This document shows positions 56,446 to 64,000 of a stretch of 64,000 nt of DNA, in pieces (position 1 is the first letter of the stretch; each line of letters starts with the position of its first letter). The notes beneath the pieces were generated by a model. The model saw only the letters and a list, made by a program, of their open reading frames with translations, ran no database searches and was not told the DNA's origin. Source of the stretch: Monocercomonoides exilis PA203 (lineage: Eukaryota; Protista; Preaxostyla); assembly GCA_001643675.2 (NCBI GenBank), contig LSRY02000009.1, forward strand, positions 682,001-746,000, given 5' to 3'. A program made the position numbers and the translations under genes.

Positions 56446-57407
56446 ATAATTTGAAAAAGTGTAAAGAATGAGCAAAAGAACAAAATGAACCGGTCAAAGA
56501 AAAAGAAAGTTTTGATTTTATTATTCTGAAAAAACAACCATAAATTTTCTTATTATATAAGATTATTCAACTATTTAAATGAAAGAGGCAATGACAAATC
56601 TGTAAAATCCACAAAATAATGCTATTTATCGTTTTTCACACTGATGCAAACAACGGAATGAAGAATATTGACAAGGTTTGAATTGCACATCAATTTTAAA
56701 ATAAAATTTATATCATTTTTGTAATAATTCATATTCAAAATGTTTATCAATTTTGTTTGGCGTATCTATGTCATTCAAAATTTTCATTAGAAAATTTGAG
56801 CATTTTAAAATGCTTCCATATCAACAGATAAAAAAATCGATTGCATAAACGTTTCGCACTTTACACACATATTAAAGAATGATAATAACGGATTTTCCTT
56901 CAATGATTAGCGAAATATAAACTGAGTCTTTACAAGAAGTTATTGAAATTGTCAAATGCAGATATTCAGGATGTGCAGCATTGCTATTTGAAAATTATTG
57001 ATGTAAATTAGCACATAAGATTAGGAATCTTTGAATGAAACAAATGATTCACGTTTCATTCCCAGACATTTGAGATGTGTTGTATAAATATAATAAAGCT
57101 AATGGCAATTTCTTTTCTCATCAGAATTACAACTTTTCATTTATAGAACAAGGTTTTTCTAATTCGAACTTTTTTTGAAACTTCTGATTATTTGTTTATA
57201 TTTTTTGCGATTTAGTTTTATTCAATATCGACTTCTCTCTTCTGAGGTTGTTTGATATTTGGGTAATTGAAGCGGAATAATTGAGAAGGTGAGATGAACT
57301 TTAACTTGAAAAAGAAATGGATGAAATACAGATTGGAGCAACGAGAAAAGGAGATATTATCCATTTTTTAATGACTGATATTCAAATTAGTTATTCAAAA
57401 AAGATTT

Positions 57408-57664
57408 GGGTGATTATTTTTGAAATCATAACTTTTTTCGGGGTGTTTATCATTATGAAAATTCATTGTCATTTGCTAAATAGTTTTTATTAGTATTTTA
57501 ATTGTTTTTAATCGTTTCAAAAGTCAAAGTTTGACTTGAAAAAAAACAGAAGAGGCGTCTTGAAATGAATCATTTTCATTTCAGAGTTCATTTGTGAATA
57601 TTCTTGACAAAAATTCAAACCAAAATTTTTGACATAAAAAATTTGGTTTCAAAAATAATTACCC
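57408..57664. mobile_element. 257-bp MITE with a 4-bp TSD (ATTT), Sola-type
   Basis: TIR GGGTGATTATTTTTGAAA and (reverse complement) GGGTAATTATTTTTGAAA; ATTT on both sides; same family as 33758-34013. Confidence 0.8.
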
Positions 57665-58555
57665 ATTTTCACAAAAGAAAATCGGAAAATGAAAATGTCT
57701 AAAGGATAAGTCCATTTTTGTCTATTCACATCATTTAGAAAAAGCAAATTATAAATTGAACATAATAGAATAAAACATTAAAAGATTCCTTGTTTTCAAT
57801 TTTGAGAAATAAAAAAAAGGAAGAGTGAAAGATAAAAAAATGTCTCTATTCATCATTCATTCATAAAATTATCAATTAAAATAAACGAAAAAACAAAATC
57901 ATCAAATTTTATCAGAAAAAATTCAAATGTTGCATAAAATTAAATGAAAATATTTTCATATTTTTCTTTTTCTTTCTTTTCAAATATTTCCCTTTTTCTT
58001 TTTCCATTTCATTAACCATCTTTCCTTTCAATCGCCTTGAAACCGAATTTGAAAAATCTCAAGCCATCATATGTAATTCTGTCATTCTGCTTTTGTTTAT
58101 GAATCTCCTCAAAAACAATATCAATGGATCTTCCTTTCAACAAGACAAAAATTTCTTAAGCTCTGTTATTCAAAGCTGCTTCAATCAAAAAATACATTGA
58201 CTGAAAATATCTCTGAAATAATCCCTTGATGCTCGATGCACCTGGACAATGCTGTTGAAAAGCCAAACAAATTCTTCATTTCGCAATCGACAATAGCAGA
58301 AATTAATTACTAACATTTCAATTTATCTCATTAAAAGAAGCACTTTTTTGACTTCTCTTCCTCTTTTCTCCTCCTTTCTCGTCCAAACAACAAATCTTGC
58401 AAATTCTTCCAGTTCTCTTTTTATTTCTCTTTAGAAATGCAGATAATTCACAATTACATATTCCAAACTTTTGTCGTTGTCAAATATTTTTTATCAATAA
58501 CTTCAACTTGTGTAAACTGTATCTTTTATGATTGCATTCAACAAGTTTGCTTTTT

Positions 58556-60074
58556 CGGCAAAATATTATCTATGTGACAGTCGAATCGCGTGAAATGATT
58601 AACATAAATTTTCTTATTTGTTGCTTCTAATGTTTATAAAATTACGATTATTGAACGACTCTCACTCTTTATCGATCTTTATTTTTTAATTGACAAAAAA
58701 TATTATAATGGTTTGGATCAGCATGATGAATTGGTTGTTTCTTTATCTTTGAATGGAAAACGAAAAGCACCTTGCTAGTTCGTATGCGCATATTAATTTC
58801 CTATTTTAATTCATAATCTGTTTGTTATTTTTGAAAAATCATTTTGAACAAAGGAAACAGAAGTCAAGATCATAGTTTTCTTTGTTTTGTTGGAGATCGG
58901 CTTAAATAAAAATCAACAGCAAGCAAAATCGTTTGTTTATTTTTCAAATATTTATATTTATTCCTATTTAAAATAAATTTATTTGTTGTTAACAATTTTG
59001 TGCAAAAATAACATTTTCATTCAGAATAGCTGCAGTGGTACAGAAAGTTAACATGAAATCGAAGAAATGAATGCGCTGATTGATGAAATGAACAGAGCAG
59101 AATTTGTTACTGTTAGCACAATTGAAGTGCCCAACAAAATACACAAAATGATTGAGGAAAAGAAAATGGCAATGTGAAATGTGTGTTTATTATTAATGTT
59201 CTTTGGATTATATGATTCACTGGAAAATTATTTTATTTTAACATTTTATAATTTTCAGTTTAACGAAAAATTTAGAAAGATGACTTCAGAAGAAAATATT
59301 TTGAATAGTAAAGAATAAAACAAAAATCTGCTTATTGAACTCTGCGATTTCTTTTATTTTTTGTGAATGTTGATTTGGATTTTACATCAAATTACGGATT
59401 GTGCTTTCAGAAAGAGGTTTTGAAAAGAGAAAAATTCAATGAAACACAGAAAGAAGTGGAAATGGCATAACTGACTTTGAACAATATAAAGTCATGGGTG
59501 GTGTGATTCCTCTGTTTGCTTTTTGACCTCATTGAAAAAAGATATGATTTTCTTTTTTGAATATTTGATAGGATTGAAAAGCAAGAACTATCTCTGAGTG
59601 ATCTCAGAAGGATTATTCACTTAAACAATGAACATCGAAATTTCACTTGCCTTGTTTATCAGCAAACTTGGATGTTTTTGATCTTCATATTTCATAGAGA
59701 CAAAAGCCTGGAAGAAGTCATCGTGAATAAGAATCAATTTACGAGAGAGGTTGCAAGAGAATTAGAAGAGCTGGAAAGGTATGTGGATTGAAGATAAAAG
59801 AGGATGAATAACAAAGGAGAAGGAGAAGGAGATGGAGATGGAAAGGAAACAGAAGAAGAAGCAGCAGAGACGACAAGAGAGGCAGAAACAGAGGAACAAG
59901 AAAAGTGTGAGTCGAAGAAGTTCTGAGTGGAAAAGAGGAAGGAGACTTAATTGGACTTATCATTCAATGAAAAGATTGAAGAAGAAAAGGAAGTGGAGGA
60001 AGAGAAAGAAGAAGAAGAAGAGTTGAACGAATTTTGTGATTGATTCATTGCACATTATATTTGCAATGCTTTGA

Positions 60075-60109
<35 letters not shown>

Positions 60110-61297
60110 TCTTTCTTTCTGTCTTTTCTTTATAAAAGGAGAATGAAATAGAAAAAAAGGTTGTTTTTGATCAATTTATGTTAAGAATGCTTGGAAATAT
60201 ATGTAAGTTTAATTATCAACACAAAATGGAATGAAATTGTTCTCTATTTATCATTGTTCTTCAAAATATAAAAACATTAATTGTTTGATTTTCTCATTTG
60301 TTATTGATAATATTTGAAATAAAAAAATCAATTAATTAACATCTCATTCTGAAAACCATGAAACAATTTCAACCACGCCTAATCAATTTTATTTCGAAAT
60401 ATTTCATTATCTTTTATCTAAAATGCAAAGTTCATCAAAAAAAGCGAAAACATCATTATCATTTTTGCATACATATTTAATATATTTTAAAACAAATTAA
60501 AGAAATAGCAGTGTCCAATAAGCAGATTTTTGTTTTATTCTTTACTATTCAAAATATTTTCTTCTGAAGTCATCTTTCTAAATTTTTCGTTAAACTGAAA
60601 ATTATAAAATGTTAAAATAAAATAATTTTCCAGTGAATCATATAATCCAAAGAACATTAATAATAAACACACATTTCACATTGCCATTTTCTTTTCCTCA
60701 ATCATTTTGTGTATTTTGTTGGGCACTTCAATTGTGCTAACAGTAACAAATTCTGCTCTGTTCATTTCATCAATCAGCGCATTCATTTCTTCGATTTCAT
60801 GTTAACTTTCTGTACCACTGCAGCTATTCTGAATGAAAATGTTATTTTTGCACAAAATTGTTAACAACAAATAAATTTATTTTAAATAGGAATAAATATA
60901 AATATTTGAAAAATAAACAAACGATTTTGCTTGCTGTTGATTTTTATTTAAGCCGATCTCCAACAAAACAAAGAAAACTATGATCTTGACTTCTGTTTCC
61001 TTTGTTCAAAATGATTTTTCAAAAATAACAAACAGATTATGAATTAAAATAGGAAATTAATATGCGCATACGAACTAGCAAGGTGCTTTTCGTTTTCCAT
61101 TCAAAGATAAAGAAACAACCAATTCATCATGCTGATCCAAACCATTATAATATTTTTTGTCAATTAAAAAATAAAGATCGATAAAGAGTGAGAGTCGTTC
61201 AATAATCGTAATTTTATAAACATTAGAAGCAACAAATAAGAAAATTTATGTTAATCATTTCACGCGATTCGACTGTCACATAGATAATATTTTGCCG
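58556..61297. repeat. 782-bp inverted duplication (58556-59337 vs 60516-61297)
   Basis: The reverse complement matches end to end with no mismatch noticed; spacer of 1178 bp. Confidence 0.92.
58980..59810 (+). pseudogene. Second degraded member of the helical family seen at 29300-30000
   Basis: IEEMNALIDEMN..., IHKMIEEKKMAM*, NETQKEVEMA*; many stops. Confidence 0.65.
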
Positions 61298-61759
61298 CTT
61301 TTTCGATATTATAATCACAGAAAAAAGCGCAACGTTTGTTTTTCTTTTTGAACGGACAAAAAACCGAAAAAAAAATATTTGCTCACTTTCGACTTTCAAT
61401 ATTTTTGAATTTATCAATTTTCACACCATTTCATTGTGAATCTATAGGTTTTAACAAGTGAAACAAAAGAATTGCTCGATTTATATTTCACATAATGTTA
61501 TTATGGGATATGATGATCAAATCAAATAATGAAGAATTTTTGTCAAAAGTTTATTTTTCTCTCAAATAAGACTAAGTTATTTAAACACAAATCACTATCT
61601 TATTTTTTTCTATTTTTTCTATTTTTTAAATATTATCTATATTTTCTATTTTTTTTTTTAGAAGTGGAAAACTGGTGACGGACGTGACAAATTTTGGTAT
61701 ATTCGCAGAGAACGGTGCAAAAAATTTCAAAGAAAAAATAATAAAAAACACGAAAAAAA

Positions 61760-61852
61760 GAGCTCTGGCAGGAGTCGAACCCCCGACCTTTGACCAACGG
61801 AATATCAATGCTCGAGGTAGCTACTGCTTACGCTACTCGAGCCAAAGCCAGC
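61760..61852 (-). ncRNA. Pol III-type tRNA-like small RNA with an expanded D-arm (vault-RNA-like 5' end)
   Basis: Sequence GCTGGCTTTGGCTCGAGTAGCGTAAGCAGTAGCTACCTCGAGCATTGATATTCCGTTGGTCAAAGGTCGGGGGTTCGACTCCTGCCAGAGCTC, then T7. It has an A-box-like TGGCTCGAGTAG, a B-box GGTTCGACTCC, an AGGTC variable loop and 5'/3' complementarity. Confidence 0.7.
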
Positions 61853-62419
61853 GTGTCAAATACCCGGGAATAATTCCCTTTTTAATCATTATTTTAGATC
61901 AATTAAAAATAAATCCCATTTTCATTTTAAAGAAAAATGTACTTTGTGAGTTTTCTTTCTTATATGAACAAGTTTGAGTGAAACAATTTGTAATTTAACA
62001 ATTAATTTGAATGTATGTTATATTCTTTCTTTATTATTTTCGTCAACCTCTAATTCTTTAATTATTTCATTTTCATATTGTTCATTCTATTTTTCGATTA
62101 ATCCAAACTAACGCAAGAATAATAGATGTAATTGTTCACCACAATTCATGTTAGAGAATGTGCAAATGATTTTTTATAAAAATCAACAAGTTTGTTTTGT
62201 TTAAATTGTTTTCATATCATTATTAAGTTTGGAATAAAATATTATCATTGTGTAAGAAATATTCTCTAATATAACTGTTTTTATTAATTTTCCGTTACGA
62301 ATTCTTTCCAGTTGTAAGCAATCAAAAGTCTATACTGTAATGTGCTCATGTGGAAGTTGTAAATGCAATATACAATTATTTAGCCTATGTGATAACAAGT
62401 CTCTAAATCATTAACACGT

Positions 62420-63520
62420 TATTGTGCATGACACATCTGAACATCATCCCTCTCACCGGTTGTACACTCCTCGCTGCCCAACACCATTCAGCTGCCACCA
62501 TCTGCTCCTCCACTTGCACCATCCACCCACCTTCCCTCACCAACAACCACCACCACCACCACTGCCCCCTCTTCCTCTCTGCCCATGCCTCCCTCGCCCT
62601 CACAAACTTCTCCCTCACCACCCACCAACCTGCCATCTTCTCCTTCCCCCTCTTCTCCGCCCCAAACAATCTCCTCCCAGATACCCACTCCCCAATCCCT
62701 GCCTCCTTCTCCATCTCCCACTCCTCTTTCTCCTCTTTCGTCTCCCTCATCCAGTCTTTCCTTTTCTTCTTCCATCTGTCCCTCTTCTTCACTCACCCCA
62801 CCCACCTGCTATGATGACAGCCCCTCTTCCTTCGCACCTTTTGAGCAGTCAAACTCATCCAACTCTCCCTCTGCCTTCCTCAGCTCCCTCTCTGCGCATA
62901 AGTCTCTCTCTGTACATGCTGCTGCTTCTCCTCTCAGAAGATCTTCCGATTCTTATTCAGAAAGTGGACTGCAGCCAATCCCGCCAACACTTTAGGACAG
63001 AATTGAAGGCATTGACGTCACAGTGGCAGTGCTGGGTACACTCAGCGAGGTTGACGAGGCACGAAGTCCGGGGTTCAAGGAACGCACAAAACAGTTCGAT
63101 TATTATTCTGTAAAGATCACAACACTTGCCTCTCTTTCAGTAGAAGATGGGCATTGCAGTGCAGATAAAACAAGTTATTCTTCTTCTTCATCATTCAAGA
63201 CATCACCATCACATGCTTATAAACCAATTCGTGCTCAAACCTTTTCTTCACATCAGATTCAGAACTTGTGTGGCATCTCCAACAGCTCTCCAAACACAGG
63301 TGCATATGCAGCTGTCTCTGCCACAACTGCCCTGCCTCTGTCTGTCCTCCTCTCCTTCCCCTTCATCTGCCAGTCTGCCCTCTTCCCTCTCCTCTCTTTA
63401 CTCACCAAGGACATCGAGCTGCTGGTCACTCCAATTCTTTCCTTTGCATCGCAGCTGAAGGAGAGCAGAGCAGACAAGACAGCCACGCAGCACGGCATGA
63501 ATACCACAAACAACAGCTAG
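62420..63520 (+). pseudogene. Degraded N-terminal surface-protein fragment followed by further gene fragments
   Basis: CPLFLSAHASLALTNFSL...SFSISHSSFSSF resembles the family at 47363-47836; frameshifted. Confidence 0.45.
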
Positions 63521-64000
63521 CCGCCCTCTCAGCTGCTCAGCAGTTTTGGCTGGATACTCAGCGGAGAACGCATTCGGAAGATCAGCGAGGCAGACACCGC
63601 AGCCCCATTGTCTCTGATGTCTACGATGATGGACGAAGGTATCATCACCAGCTTCCCACAGAATGTGTTCAATCTGCTGGTCGATGCAGTCAATCCGATC
63701 CCGTCTCTACTCACATTCCACAAGGTGATGACTTCTTTGGCACAGAAGAGGCTGGCGGGGTAAAGCAGTGCTTTGGGTTATCCACAGTCTGCATCATAAT
63801 CTTATGTGTTGCTGGCTCCTGTAATGCCAACTTCTCCTTCATCTTCTTCCTCCACCACCTCATACTCATCATCCTCTTCTTCAGGTGTAGTTTCTCGTTC
63901 AGCTTCCACAGAGAAGTTAACAAACACTTCATCTAATAATACACACCCTCTTCTAAACTCTTCCTCCACATTGTCTGTCCCATTCGTCAGAGGAGCCACT

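Noticed and set aside
61675-61977. 100-aa ORF overlapping the tRNA-like element
   Set aside because: The AGVEPPTF peptide is the typical antisense translation of a tRNA T-arm; the rest is AT-rich noise.

Overview
AT-rich eukaryotic genomic DNA with short GTTTG...AG introns and the standard genetic code. Lineage-specific gene families (the 'EQKQKI...IEEKKLSMENAIL' family and Ser/Cys-rich beta-helix-type surface proteins) point to an oxymonad, probably Monocercomonoides; this is inference from recognised families. The window is mostly a transposon and pseudogene graveyard: hAT, pogo, three Merlin copies, Sola-like relics, many MITEs and foldback palindromes. It contains one intact 1200-aa type I surface-protein gene. 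Highlights: (1) a divergent gene pair at 5367-11608, in which a Sola-type DDD transposase carries an inserted USP (peptidase C19) deubiquitinase domain, faces a second stand-alone USP gene, and is followed by a compact, highly structured GC-rich segment; (2) a TA-flanked element with 188-bp TIRs that captured an open surface-protein ORF, with its empty-site paralog in the same window; (3) a Pol III-type tRNA-derived or vault-like small RNA with a greatly expanded D-arm. All family assignments come from reading motifs by eye; no database searches were run.
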